Shown: positions 1 through 9,283, numbered from the stretch's first letter. The stretch: 61,976 bases of DNA from Candidatus Bathyarchaeia archaeon (GCA_038883715.1 JAVZLS010000008.1:1-61976); one strand, 5' to 3'. The notes: generated from the sequence alone by a model not told the origin. A program made the numbers and translations.

Positions 1-59
1 AGTATTTTCTAGAGATGTGCTTTAAGCCATTGTGAATGGAAAGATATAACTTGTAGATT

Positions 60-2966
60 TTATCCTTGCATTAGGGTTTTTAGTTGTTCTATTTCTTTGG
101 CTAGTGCTGGGTAAAGATAGTCTAGGAGCTGGTTGGTTTCTGTTTCGTTGAAGCCTAGGACTTTGAGGATAGCTTTGTCTATTTCGACTCTTGCCCAAAA
201 CCTACCCCGCAACTGCTCCAAAACGCTGGGGAAGGATATGTCTTTAATCTTGTTGAAAACTTCTAATAGTAAGTTTTGTTCTTCCGGTGACAATTTGTTC
301 GGGTCTAGTATAAATAAATCGTTTAACATATACTCGTGAAGTTTCATCCAAGCACCACGAGTTTCGGTTCGTTTTGTGATGATCGCAAGCAGATTCGCCG
401 TGCTATTAAACCATAAAGTAAGGATTTTTGCGTGCCCATTTGGCACTCCCTTTATGCTCCACATGTCTACTCCTACCGTTGGTAAAGAAGAATAATAAGA
501 AACAAATTTGGTTCCTGTGGCTGATATATCAAAGCGCCTTGAAATTAATACTTTAGCAAGTCGTGGTTCCACGTAAGTTCTCCATTTTTCCAGCGTAGCT
601 GGATTTTTTAATACTCTATCAACCTTGTCGAATGAAGAAATTATAATGTAATCAAGTATATCTGTTAAATCCATCTTATCCGTACGCGCTGGCCTTCTCA
701 ATCCATTTGCCAGAGCTTTACGAGGCACTTTAATCTCATCTTTTGTGAACCTATTCTCTATTGTTAGATATTCTGCATTTTCATTCTTAACTATCCATTC
801 ATCCAGTTTTTTGATTGCCCTAAATGGTTGGACAAGAAAAGCTCCATGATAAGGAGGTCTGTAGTCAAATTCAAAAATTCCTCCATTGTGCGCTTCAAGG
901 TACTTTTCGGTCGTTGTAAGTTTTTGTGAACTTCTTTCAAATATCTGTTTTTCAAGTAACGGAATTTTAAGTTCATAAGTTGAGATAAGGATGTATAGAT
1001 TTTCAACCTTTTGTTTCAATTCCCTTTGTGCTACGTTGCGCATAACTAATGAATCGTTTGCATAAAAATTTTCAAAATTAGGTTTTTGACTAATCAATTT
1101 TATTTTTTCTGCAAAGTTTTTTGCTTCTTCTGTTGATGTTGGAAGTTTCTTTAACGATGTTATGCAACATTTCGAATCATCTGTGGCTTTCATCTTTCTT
1201 GCAATTAGAAGTATTTCTCTGAATTGCGCTCCTTCAGAAAAGGCTGCACGTTCCCAAGCAGTTATGATATGTTCAATCTGATAATTTTCCACAAGGAGTC
1301 TTCTTATCCCTGCGGCGGATTTCACTCGCAAGATCGTTGCAGGCAAGACTAGCGCTAGTCTCCCACCATCTTTAACGAACTTATCAGCCAACAAAATAAA
1401 ATGCCCATAAAGTCCGAGCTGTCCATGCAAATAGTCTTCGTAACCCTTCAGCCGCTTTGTTAGGGCGTTTTTGTATTCTTTTGGTAGTCTTTCTTGTCTT
1501 GTGAAGGGTGGGTTCATTATTATTACGTCTGCCTTCTCCAGCGGTATCTGTTCCCCACCAATCCCTTCCAGCGTTACCGCCCCTTTTTCAACATAAGCCT
1601 CTTCTTTAGGCGGTTTGCCCTCAAAAAACAACTCCAATGTTGGACGTTTATAGGCGGCTTTCAATTCGCGTGAAATAGCCGGAATAGTTTGCCCCGGCTC
1701 CAGTTCTGTGGAATCCCAGACGGCTATACGCACTTTCTCCGCTTCGTGCCCAGCAGCCAAGGCTTGTAGGGCTAAGTGCACAACAGCCATGTGGGCGGCA
1801 AAGGGCATAATGTCAATGCCGGTCAAATCCTGCTCCAAAAATCTCTTATGGTCTTCAAAGGTGAACTCGCCCTTCCCCCTCAGAAGCAGTTCGCGTTTCC
1901 GCCTATAAGCTGCAACCAGCAGTGTGCCGCTTCCACAAGCCAAATCCAAAACTTTAGCATCAGCGCGGTCAATAGCCAACTGAGCCAAAATCTCAGCCGC
2001 CTCATTATTCGTGTAAAAGGCGGCAACAGCCTTCCGCACCTCAAAAGGAATAAGCTCATGAAAAACTTTACCCAACAAGTCATGCCTAATCTTTTCAGGA
2101 GCCAAAGCCTTAACAGCCACAACCGCTTTACGCACAACATCCACAGCGGAGTCTGGCAAACGAGAAGCCACATCAAAACCAAAAACACTACTATAATCCC
2201 GCCTCAAAACAGGCTCAAAATAAGCCCGCAAATCGCTTGGACGCCTAATACGGTCTTCATCAATAACCGGAAAACTCGCATCCACCCGAGTCAAAACATG
2301 ATAAAACAACAACTGATTAACCAACAAATAAGCCGCAGCATGCCTCATCTCCTCCAGCGGATAACGCCCCTCCTCATACTGCAAAACATTCTCAAAAACG
2401 CTTTTACCACCAAAAATATCCTCCAGCTCCTTACCCTGCAACTGACGGACACTAGCACTAACATAATCCACAGCATCCCTCAAAACACGAATAGCAAAAC
2501 CAGTATCCGCCTCAACAACCAAAGGCCTCAAAACATGCCCAGCAATCCAATCAGCCACCTCATAAAGGCTACCTCTAAACTGCTGACTAGGCCTCAAATC
2601 CTTAAAAATCCCAACACAGCTAATCTGCGTCTTGGGATCTCGTGCAATACTCAAAATCACATCAGCAGGCCAAGGCCTCCGCAACTCCTCCGGAAACAAA
2701 ACAGCAAAAGCACCCTTAGCCTCGCCAACATGCTTACTATAATCATACAACTGAACCATAGCATCCAAAAGCTTAGTCTCAGCCCCCAACTTAGTCTCAA
2801 CAACATACTGAGCGCCATCATGCAAAACCAAATCAGGAACCAAACGCCGCCCATCAACAGTCCTAAAACTCACCTCAGGAACAACCCTAACGCCTCTACG
2901 CTTAAGCTCCTCAACCAACAAATCCCGCAAACTCATCTCAGTAGGCTTACCTAGACCCAAAGTCAA
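60..2966 (-). CDS. Type IIG-like restriction-modification enzyme (N-terminal PD-(D/E)xK nuclease + amino-MTase + C-terminal target recognition region)
   Basis: N-terminal PD..ETK nuclease-like motif (VPDLVL..VVETKL); motif X AFYT; motif I VLDLACGSG; motif IV IIMNPPF. Likely start is ATG at 2936 (MSLRDLL). Confidence 0.85.
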   Translation of the reverse strand: MTLGLGKPTEMSLRDLLVEELKRRGVRVVPEVSFRTVDGRRLVPDLVLHDGAQYVVETKLGAETKLLDAMVQLYDYSKHVGEAKGAFAVLFPEELRRPWPADVILSIARDPKTQISCVGIFKDLRPSQQFRGSLYEVADWIAGHVLRPLVVEADTGFAIRVLRDAVDYVSASVRQLQGKELEDIFGGKSVFENVLQYEEGRYPLEEMRHAAAYLLVNQLLFYHVLTRVDASFPVIDEDRIRRPSDLRAYFEPVLRRDYSSVFGFDVASRLPDSAVDVVRKAVVAVKALAPEKIRHDLLGKVFHELIPFEVRKAVAAFYTNNEAAEILAQLAIDRADAKVLDLACGSGTLLVAAYRRKRELLLRGKGEFTFEDHKRFLEQDLTGIDIMPFAAHMAVVHLALQALAAGHEAEKVRIAVWDSTELEPGQTIPAISRELKAAYKRPTLELFFEGKPPKEEAYVEKGAVTLEGIGGEQIPLEKADVIIMNPPFTRQERLPKEYKNALTKRLKGYEDYLHGQLGLYGHFILLADKFVKDGGRLALVLPATILRVKSAAGIRRLLVENYQIEHIITAWERAAFSEGAQFREILLIARKMKATDDSKCCITSLKKLPTSTEEAKNFAEKIKLISQKPNFENFYANDSLVMRNVAQRELKQKVENLYILISTYELKIPLLEKQIFERSSQKLTTTEKYLEAHNGGIFEFDYRPPYHGAFLVQPFRAIKKLDEWIVKNENAEYLTIENRFTKDEIKVPRKALANGLRRPARTDKMDLTDILDYIIISSFDKVDRVLKNPATLEKWRTYVEPRLAKVLISRRFDISATGTKFVSYYSSLPTVGVDMWSIKGVPNGHAKILTLWFNSTANLLAIITKRTETRGAWMKLHEYMLNDLFILDPNKLSPEEQNLLLEVFNKIKDISFPSVLEQLRGRFWARVEIDKAILKVLGFNETETNQLLDYLYPALAKEIEQLKTLMQG

Positions 2967-2979
2967 ACAACCCTAACAG

Positions 2980-3318
2980 TTATTTTACAAGTTCCATCTT
3001 AAACTCTTTCCTCACAGACCTAACATGCCTAAAATGCTCATCCCCGGTGACAAGCGTCAAATCCCTTCTTAGACACATGGCCGCAATCAAAACGTCTATG
3101 GCTGGTATTGGCTTACCCTTTCTCAAAAGAGAAACTGAAATTTTCAAGGCTTCGTCATAGTCTTCAACATTTGGATATATGATGCCCAAATCCTTAAAGT
3201 CTAGGGCTTTTGGAAACTCGATGATGTTTAGGATTGTTGTGAAGCCTTTGGTGGGGCTTCTCCCGCTTTTCAGTAGGCTTATCAACGCGCTTGTGTCGTA
3301 GAGGAAAACCTCTTCCAC
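2980..3318 (-). CDS. vapC: VapC-family PIN-domain toxin
   Basis: FLYDTSALI, E, IDVLIAA, LVTGDEHF acidic PIN motifs; overlaps upstream antitoxin gene. Confidence 0.9.
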   Translation of the reverse strand: MEEVFLYDTSALISLLKSGRSPTKGFTTILNIIEFPKALDFKDLGIIYPNVEDYDEALKISVSLLRKGKPIPAIDVLIAAMCLRRDLTLVTGDEHFRHVRSVRKEFKMELVK

Positions 3319-3569
3319 TCCAGCTCCCTCGCCTTCTCGTAAAATTCTAAAGCCTTTTCTAGGCTTATCCCGCTTAAATCGAGGCTGAATTCCCCAAGCA
3401 GTTCCAAAAGTTTTTCAGAGGGAACAACACCCCGCTCTGCGGCTTCAAGACGCCTAATGTAGTCTGCCAAAGCCTTCCGTACAACCTCGCTCCATCTAAC
3501 CTCAGAATACTTCTTCATCTTCCTATACAATTCTTCGGGAATGGAAACAGTTATGTTAACCATACACAT
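3282..3569 (-). CDS. Ribbon-helix-helix (CopG-like) antitoxin
   Basis: MVNITVSIPEELYRKMKK..VRWSEVVRKAL RHH pattern; directly upstream of and overlapping the PIN toxin; likely start ATG 3563. Confidence 0.85.
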   Translation of the reverse strand: MCMVNITVSIPEELYRKMKKYSEVRWSEVVRKALADYIRRLEAAERGVVPSEKLLELLGEFSLDLSGISLEKALEFYEKARELEWKRFSSTTQAR

Positions 3570-3587
3570 TTTTATGTGAATTCACAT
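3565..3587. promoter_or_regulatory. Putative antitoxin operator (three CACAT/ATGTG half-sites including a perfect 14-bp palindrome)
   Basis: cacat-tttt-atgtg-aatt-cacat; ATGTGAATTCACAT at 3574-3587 is a perfect palindrome between a TATA-like element and the antitoxin start. Confidence 0.65.
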
Positions 3588-3641
3588 TTTTAAGGTTTTT
3601 CACAGAAAAACTTTTACAAGTAAGCCCGCATACAAAACTTA

Positions 3642-4520
3642 ATGATAGTCTTGAATCTGCTGACTTGGTTTGACCCTTGGCGTTCGCCCCTCTGCACTTG
3701 TCCGCCTAAATTAACTTTTAACCCTTACACTGGATGCGACCATAGGTGCGTGTACTGTTATGCTTCCAGCTATATACCACGATTTTATGATTGCAGACCG
3801 AAAAAGGATTTGTTACGGCGGTTGGAGCGGGAGGCAGCCAAACTTAAGGGCGAACTAATCTCTATTGCTAACTCTTCAGACCCTTATCCTACGGTTGAGG
3901 CAGAAAAGGGCTTAACGAGGCGTTGCCTAGAAATCTTAACCCGACAAAACTGCAGAATCCAGATAATTACAAAGTCGAATATTGTTTTGAGGGACATAGA
4001 CCTCTTGAAACAGGTGCCCTCCATGGTGGCGGTGACAATAACGACTGATGATGAAGAAACAGCCAAAATATTGGAGCCCAATGCTCCCCCACCTTCGGAG
4101 AGGCTGAAAACCGTTGAAAGGCTTGTTGCATGTGGCATAGCAGTGGCTGTCCGCATAGACCCAATAATCCCATACATAAACGAAAACCCAGAAACCCTTG
4201 TTAAGGCATTGGCAGAAATCGGCGTTAGGCACATAACAGCCTCCACCTACAAGGTTAAGGCGGACAACTGGCAAAGACTAAGCCTAACAATGCCAAAAAC
4301 AGCTGAAAAACTTAAACCCCTCTACTTTGAGAAAGGCGAAAAATTGGGGCGATACACCTACTTGCCAAAAACTTTGAGGCTTAAGCTCATGGAGAATCTG
4401 GCAAGCCTAGCGAAAAAGTATGGGGTTAAATTTGCCACATGTCGAGAAGGCTTAAAAGGATTAAACACGGCAACATGCGATGGCACGTGGCTAATAAAGT
4501 CTAACGGAAACAGCTCTTAA
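3642..4520 (+). CDS. Radical SAM protein (spore-photoproduct-lyase-like family)
   Basis: NPYTGCDHRCVYCY CxxxCxxC; SDPYP; ITKS; VRIDPIIP. Confidence 0.85.
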   Translation: MIVLNLLTWFDPWRSPLCTCPPKLTFNPYTGCDHRCVYCYASSYIPRFYDCRPKKDLLRRLEREAAKLKGELISIANSSDPYPTVEAEKGLTRRCLEILTRQNCRIQIITKSNIVLRDIDLLKQVPSMVAVTITTDDEETAKILEPNAPPPSERLKTVERLVACGIAVAVRIDPIIPYINENPETLVKALAEIGVRHITASTYKVKADNWQRLSLTMPKTAEKLKPLYFEKGEKLGRYTYLPKTLRLKLMENLASLAKKYGVKFATCREGLKGLNTATCDGTWLIKSNGNSS

Positions 4521-4735
4521 ATGGATGCTGAAGCCGCAACAGCCAAAACAATCAAAGTAACGCCTGCAAAAACCAAAACAGCAGCTAAACCCGTAACAAA
4601 AACTGACAGGGGATTCATTTCAAAAAGCATGTTGGTGCTCCATAACATGAGCAGCACACCTGCCACTATAAGAACCAGCGCCGCCAACAACGTCTTCCAA
4701 GAAAACTCTGACCTTTTGCCCAATTTACACGACAC
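4517..4735 (-). CDS. Small two-TM membrane protein
   Basis: Two hydrophobic stretches, 72 aa, co-oriented with the upstream small ORF. Confidence 0.6.
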   Translation of the reverse strand: MSCKLGKRSEFSWKTLLAALVLIVAGVLLMLWSTNMLFEMNPLSVFVTGLAAVLVFAGVTLIVLAVAASASI

Positions 4736-4761
4736 TAACAGAAGATTCGCCTTTTCCAGTG

Positions 4762-4971
4762 CTATTGTTTCTCTTTTTCCTCTTCCTTCCTCTCTTTCTC
4801 TTCGCCCTTAACCCCTTTAACTAAGCCTTTACCAACCCCCTTAACAATTCCAAAGCCTTTCTTTATGCCCTTACCTACAACTTCACCTGTCTTTTCAGCA
4901 ACAGCCTCAGCCTTGCCTTTCTCCTCTTCCTTCTTCTTTTCCTTTCCGCTCAAAAATTCACCTCCAAACAC
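4762..4971 (-). CDS. Small Lys/Glu/Gly-rich hypothetical protein
   Basis: GGAGGTGA SD-like element before TTG (MSGKEKK); repeating GK/KG amphipathic core. Confidence 0.6.
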   Translation of the reverse strand: MFGGEFLSGKEKKKEEEKGKAEAVAEKTGEVVGKGIKKGFGIVKGVGKGLVKGVKGEEKERKEEEKEKQ

Positions 4972-5078
4972 TTAACCAACCACTTATTTGCATGCAACAT
5001 AGTTAAAACTTTCGAGCCTTCGCTCAATAGCAAATGTTAAATCCCCAACTAACAGATAGAAAACAGAACGGTGAATAA

Positions 5079-5450
5079 ATGTCTAAATCTAAAGATGAGG
5101 AAATACTACAAGTTTTGAAGGAAATAAAAGCCCTATTAGAGCCCAAACCAGCCCCACCGCCAAAGAAAGGCCTATGGAACGAGTTCTTAGACTTCATATC
5201 AAAATACAAGGTTATGGGAATGGCGGTAGCCTTCATTTTAGGCTTGTACCTTGGCACACTTGTTCAAGCGCTTGTGGGAGACTTAATCATGCCAATAATA
5301 ACGTTGGTACTGCCAGGCGTGGAATGGGAAGCCTTTGTTTTGGGGCCTTTCCGAATCGGACACTTTGCAGGCGCCCTAATAACATTCCTCATAGTGGCTT
5401 TCGTGGTCTTCCTAATAGTCAAGGTAACCAAGAAATGGGGAATAGAATAG
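5079..5450 (+). CDS. mscL: MscL-family large-conductance mechanosensitive channel
   Basis: EFLDF..YKVMGMAVAFILG (S1/TM1), LVGDLIMPII, GHFAGALITFLIVAFVVFLIVK (TM2). Confidence 0.85.
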   Translation: MSKSKDEEILQVLKEIKALLEPKPAPPPKKGLWNEFLDFISKYKVMGMAVAFILGLYLGTLVQALVGDLIMPIITLVLPGVEWEAFVLGPFRIGHFAGALITFLIVAFVVFLIVKVTKKWGIE

Positions 5451-5547
5451 GCGCATCTCCATAAAGTCTTCCAACCATGATTTACTTCTGAAAGAAAAAT
5501 GTTATAAAAAGCACTATTTAATCTGCCAACGTTAAGGAGAGTTTGCC

Positions 5548-6237
5548 ATGGTTTACCCACAATGTGCCAGATGCTCAAGCTTTTACTGTAGCCGCATGCC
5601 GCTGGAAAAAGTAGACGACAAGTTGCTTCCAAGTTTTTGTCCCATGAAAAACAGCAAAGAAACAATTAGGACGGCAATCGCAATGTATAGCGAAGACAAC
5701 GTTAAGAGAATTTATGTCTCAGCCACAATAACGGAGAAGGAAGCCTACGAAAACGTTAGGGGCGTTTTGATGGCTGTACGCCCAAGAATCAAAGAAATCA
5801 TAGAATTCGCCAAACTAATCCGCGCCAAAAAGCTTGGGGTGGCCTTCTGCGCTGGGCTTCAAGACGAGGCTTCCAGAACAGTGGCTTTTCTTGAAGATGC
5901 CGGATTCACAGTGGCATCGGTCAGATGTAAATGTGGAGCCGTTGATAAGACAGAACTCAGCGTAGCCAGAAAATACAAGATTGACAGTCCATCTGAGTTT
6001 GAGGCTGCATGCAACCCCATAGTTCAGGCGCAACTCCTAAACGAGGCTGGAACAGACATAAACATCATTGTCGGCTTATGCGTTGGCCATGACATGCTCT
6101 TCACAATGTATTCAAAGGCTCCGGTGACAACCCTAATAGTTAAGGATAGGCTTTTGGGACATAACCCGGTCATAGCCCTCTACAGCAATTATCATAAGGA
6201 TATAATAAAAGCGCAGAAACGCCATTATAAAGGATAG
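5548..6237 (+). CDS. DUF1847-family metal-binding protein
   Basis: N-terminal CxxC..C; RIKEIIEFAK..KLGVAFCAGL; CNPIVQA; GLCVGHD; KDRLLGHNP. Confidence 0.85.
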   Translation: MVYPQCARCSSFYCSRMPLEKVDDKLLPSFCPMKNSKETIRTAIAMYSEDNVKRIYVSATITEKEAYENVRGVLMAVRPRIKEIIEFAKLIRAKKLGVAFCAGLQDEASRTVAFLEDAGFTVASVRCKCGAVDKTELSVARKYKIDSPSEFEAACNPIVQAQLLNEAGTDINIIVGLCVGHDMLFTMYSKAPVTTLIVKDRLLGHNPVIALYSNYHKDIIKAQKRHYKG

Positions 6238-6310
6238 TAGCCCGGGGGAGATTCGAACTCCCGTCAGGGGCTCCAGAGGCCCCCATGCTTGACCGCTACA
6301 CCACCGGGCT
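6238..6310 (-). tRNA. tRNA-Gln (CTG)
   Basis: Reverse complement AGCCCGGTGGTGTAGCGGTCAAGCATGGGGGCCTCTGGAGCCCCTGACGGGAGTTCGAATCTCCCCCGGGCTA; cloverleaf, anticodon CTG, no intron, CCA not encoded. Confidence 0.97.
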
Positions 6311-6363
6311 TCAAAGGGCTATGCCTAACTCCATTCAGCATTAAGCCACACAAAATAATAACT

Positions 6364-6921
6364 TTAACGTTTGTATTTCAAGATGAAGATGCCTGTTGTG
6401 GCTTGGCATCCCGAGCATATATAGAAAAGTGTTTCAAAGCCGACTTTCGTAGCAATGATTGTGGCTAGTAGAGCTGCAGCCGCCTCGGTTATGTCGTATA
6501 TGGATTCGAAGATTCCCAGCATTGTTCCGCTTCTCTTCTCTTCGCCCAAGTCCACTATTAAAGCCAGTAGGGATGGACGCTGCAGTGCATAGGAGATGCC
6601 GAACAAGAATTCGATTATGTATAGGCCGGTTATGTTTGGCACGTAAATGTAGCTTAAAGAGCATATGGCGCCCATTAAGACTCCGACTGAGAATATGCGC
6701 TCCTTGCCATAGGCGTCTGCAAGCCTTCCAGCAGCCACCTTGAACAGGGCGGCAACTCCGCAGAAGAGCGCGTATAAAAAGCCTACATCCATTATTGTGG
6801 CTGAAAAGCGGTTAACAACAAATATTGGGTATATTGGACCAAGCAAGCCGACTCCTAAAGAGTATAGAGTACTTAAAGCCAACGCAAGCATTAGCGAACG
6901 TGACGACTTCAGCCTCAGCAT
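6364..6921 (-). CDS. Half-size (about 6 TM) MFS transporter-like protein
   Basis: Motif A GRLADAYGKER; six hydrophobic segments; GGAGG SD before ATG 6921 (ORF track extends to 7089). Confidence 0.75.
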   Translation of the reverse strand: MLRLKSSRSLMLALALSTLYSLGVGLLGPIYPIFVVNRFSATIMDVGFLYALFCGVAALFKVAAGRLADAYGKERIFSVGVLMGAICSLSYIYVPNITGLYIIEFLFGISYALQRPSLLALIVDLGEEKRSGTMLGIFESIYDITEAAAALLATIIATKVGFETLFYICSGCQATTGIFILKYKR

Positions 6922-7123
6922 GTATGCTTCCTCCTGCTGAAGCCACCACGCCCACTCCAACCATTTTAGGCGTGAACACGAACATTTCTGAGTCGGCTTG
7001 CCCTCCCAAAGCGAAAAGCGAGAAAATCCCATTAGGAGGAGAAAATAAACTTTTTGGCGGAAGCCCCGAGCACCAGCATGTTGGAACACTTAGGTTAAAC
7101 TGGCAATGTAAAGTGAGAAAATA

Positions 7124-7588
7124 CTATTTTGTGACTAGGACTGGGCATGGAGCGTTCCTTATTACGCCGTCGCTTACGCTTCCTAGAATAAGCTCCTTTA
7201 TCTTACTTATTCCTCTGGCGCCCATGACGATTAGGTCAAACTTGCCCTCTTCAGCCGTCTTAACAATTTCGTGGACAACATGTCCCTCCCTAAGAAGGGT
7301 TTCAACCTCAACCCCCTCGGCTTTGGCTTTTTCCTTGCCTTGGGCTAGTATTCTAGCTCCCGCCTCCCTGACAGCTTCAGTCACCCTCGAGTATTCTGTG
7401 GGCGCCATTATTGGTATTCCAGGCGTCAGCGTTGACGGTTCTGGAACTACTACGGGTCTGACACTTACGGAGTAGACGTGGATTAGGGTGATTTTTCCAT
7501 CAAACTTTTTAGCTATTTGTATAGCGATGTCCAACGCTCTTAAAGAGTGTTCAGAGCCGTCCAAGGGAACGAGAATTTTACTAAACAA
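7124..7588 (-). CDS. Universal stress protein (UspA family)
   Basis: KILVPLDGSEHS; DLIVMGARG; LGSVSDGVIRNAPCPVLV. Confidence 0.95.
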   Translation of the reverse strand: MFSKILVPLDGSEHSLRALDIAIQIAKKFDGKITLIHVYSVSVRPVVVPEPSTLTPGIPIMAPTEYSRVTEAVREAGARILAQGKEKAKAEGVEVETLLREGHVVHEIVKTAEEGKFDLIVMGARGISKIKELILGSVSDGVIRNAPCPVLVTK

Positions 7589-7662
7589 GGGTCGTCTCCA
7601 ATTTTCTTAACGTTTCTCCTCAAATATCCTTTTTGATTTTAAAAATGGTTGGGATTGAACAT

Positions 7663-7935
7663 TTACAGTAGTGAGAAATCTGTGGATTTTATCTTTCCCT
7701 TCGCGTCAACAACAACTTCGAATTTTTCAGCCCATGGGTGTCCTTCAAGGTCTATGGGGCATGTTCCTTTAATAACCCAGTACCCGTTTCGCTGTTCGAT
7801 TGAGGATATGTCTATCCTTTCAGTGTTCTTCCTCTTTTTCAGGTATTCTATGGCGATTTGTTGGGCATCCTTTTCCATAAGCATCTTCATTGTGGGCATC
7901 CTCATCCAGCCCTTTATAGTCGGAATCCGAAGCAT
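7663..7935 (-). CDS. Small hypothetical protein (PepSY-like alpha/beta pattern)
   Basis: AQQIAIEYL...YWVIKG...FEVVVDAKGKI pattern; true start probably downstream of 7935. Confidence 0.6.
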   Translation of the reverse strand: MLRIPTIKGWMRMPTMKMLMEKDAQQIAIEYLKKRKNTERIDISSIEQRNGYWVIKGTCPIDLEGHPWAEKFEVVVDAKGKIKSTDFSLL

Positions 7936-8089
7936 TAAAAGTTATGAAATCTTAATCATTAGCAAAACTAAACATAGGCAAAATGAGTAGGTCAGATTTC
8001 TATGAGTTGTTTTTAATTTGGTGGCCGTTGTCACTAAGTCTATTAGGTTTATTCTGTCTTAGAAGATGCATAAAAATAGATGGGGTATA

Positions 8090-9283
8090 CTAATTTTTTG
8101 TATGATTTTCAAAGTACATTGTTAGCAGCGTGTACCATCCTGTGTATTCTGCAAAGCTTGTTACACTTTCAAGATATGATTCTGGCGTGTAGAAGAGTTG
8201 TTTGTTACGTGGGAAGTAAATCGTTAATCCAGCACCGCTCTTAACGTGCGGTCCATTACAGCATTTTGAATATAAGACTACACTATCCCAAATGTCTAGT
8301 ATCGGATCAGTGTATGGCTTTAGTTTTTTCTCTATTACGCCTAATTGATAAATGAATTGGTGTAGGTCAATGTATGGACCTTGATGCCAGAAACCAAACC
8401 AGTATCTATCCGCACCATTCTTAGCACCAGTTACTGCTCTTCGATAAATGGCAAAGTTTGATATTAATTCAATTGTAAGATTCTTGAGGTCTTCTACTAG
8501 TGTGCCAATGGTTCTGAGATTTATTGCTGCTAGGGTTGCAAAACATGCAGTATGAGTGTAAGAGGCAATATAGTTGTCTACGATGTGAACTGCAAATGTA
8601 TCTTCGTCCCATGCTGGATTTTCTGTAAGGTCTGTAAGTATCATATCGTATGGATATCCATCCCATGGAACAAAGTCTTCAGATGCAACCATCACATTTA
8701 CCCTATTGGTGAGTGACAGCTCATAGCCTACTTCAATGCTTGCCATGAGGCATGCATCGAATCCTAATAGGCTTATCTCTACGGGTAAGCTTGCTAAAGC
8801 CTCTCGAACCTCAAAGATTGATAGATAATCATCGTTTGTCCAGTCCCAGCATACGCCCTCCCAATTACCCCCATGATCCCAGAGGATTAACGCATATTTA
8901 TCAGCTGGATAGTTCTCAACTACGAAATCTATGAACCATGATAGAGTTTTTGGGTCACCCATGTTAAGCTCGTATTTGTCTGTCCATCCACCCCAAACAG
9001 TTACATTGTAGCCTTTACCGATATAGAGAATTACAGAGCCATTGTATCCACATAACTTGTCATAGCGATCAAACAAGACAACAATGTTGACATCTAGTGT
9101 TGAACCAACCATTTGCATTTCTGAAAGGTCATCCACACCGGCGGGATCCAAGTTGTTATCAGCATCCATGTAGACCATAAACGTCCACTTTGCATGCGCT
9201 GTGTTTTCAGCCGAAGCCAATGGAACTGTGATTGCTGGAACCATTAGAAACACCAGCAATGTTAAAACAAATATTCTTTTCAT
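8090..9283 (-). CDS. Secreted clostripain-family (C11) cysteine peptidase
   Basis: Signal peptide; KWTFMVYMDADNNL; NMGDP; catalytic WDHGG and GFDACLM. Confidence 0.92.
   Translation of the reverse strand: MKRIFVLTLLVFLMVPAITVPLASAENTAHAKWTFMVYMDADNNLDPAGVDDLSEMQMVGSTLDVNIVVLFDRYDKLCGYNGSVILYIGKGYNVTVWGGWTDKYELNMGDPKTLSWFIDFVVENYPADKYALILWDHGGNWEGVCWDWTNDDYLSIFEVREALASLPVEISLLGFDACLMASIEVGYELSLTNRVNVMVASEDFVPWDGYPYDMILTDLTENPAWDEDTFAVHIVDNYIASYTHTACFATLAAINLRTIGTLVEDLKNLTIELISNFAIYRRAVTGAKNGADRYWFGFWHQGPYIDLHQFIYQLGVIEKKLKPYTDPILDIWDSVVLYSKCCNGPHVKSGAGLTIYFPRNKQLFYTPESYLESVTSFAEYTGWYTLLTMYFENHTKN

Noticed and set aside
1776-2954. 392-aa plus-strand ORF antisense to the R-M gene
   Set aside because: N/Q/S/H/K-rich with no motifs; explained by the G/T-biased codons of the real minus-strand gene removing antisense stops.
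6825-7475. 216-aa plus-strand ORF
   Set aside because: Shadow of uspA and the half-MFS; no recognisable motifs.
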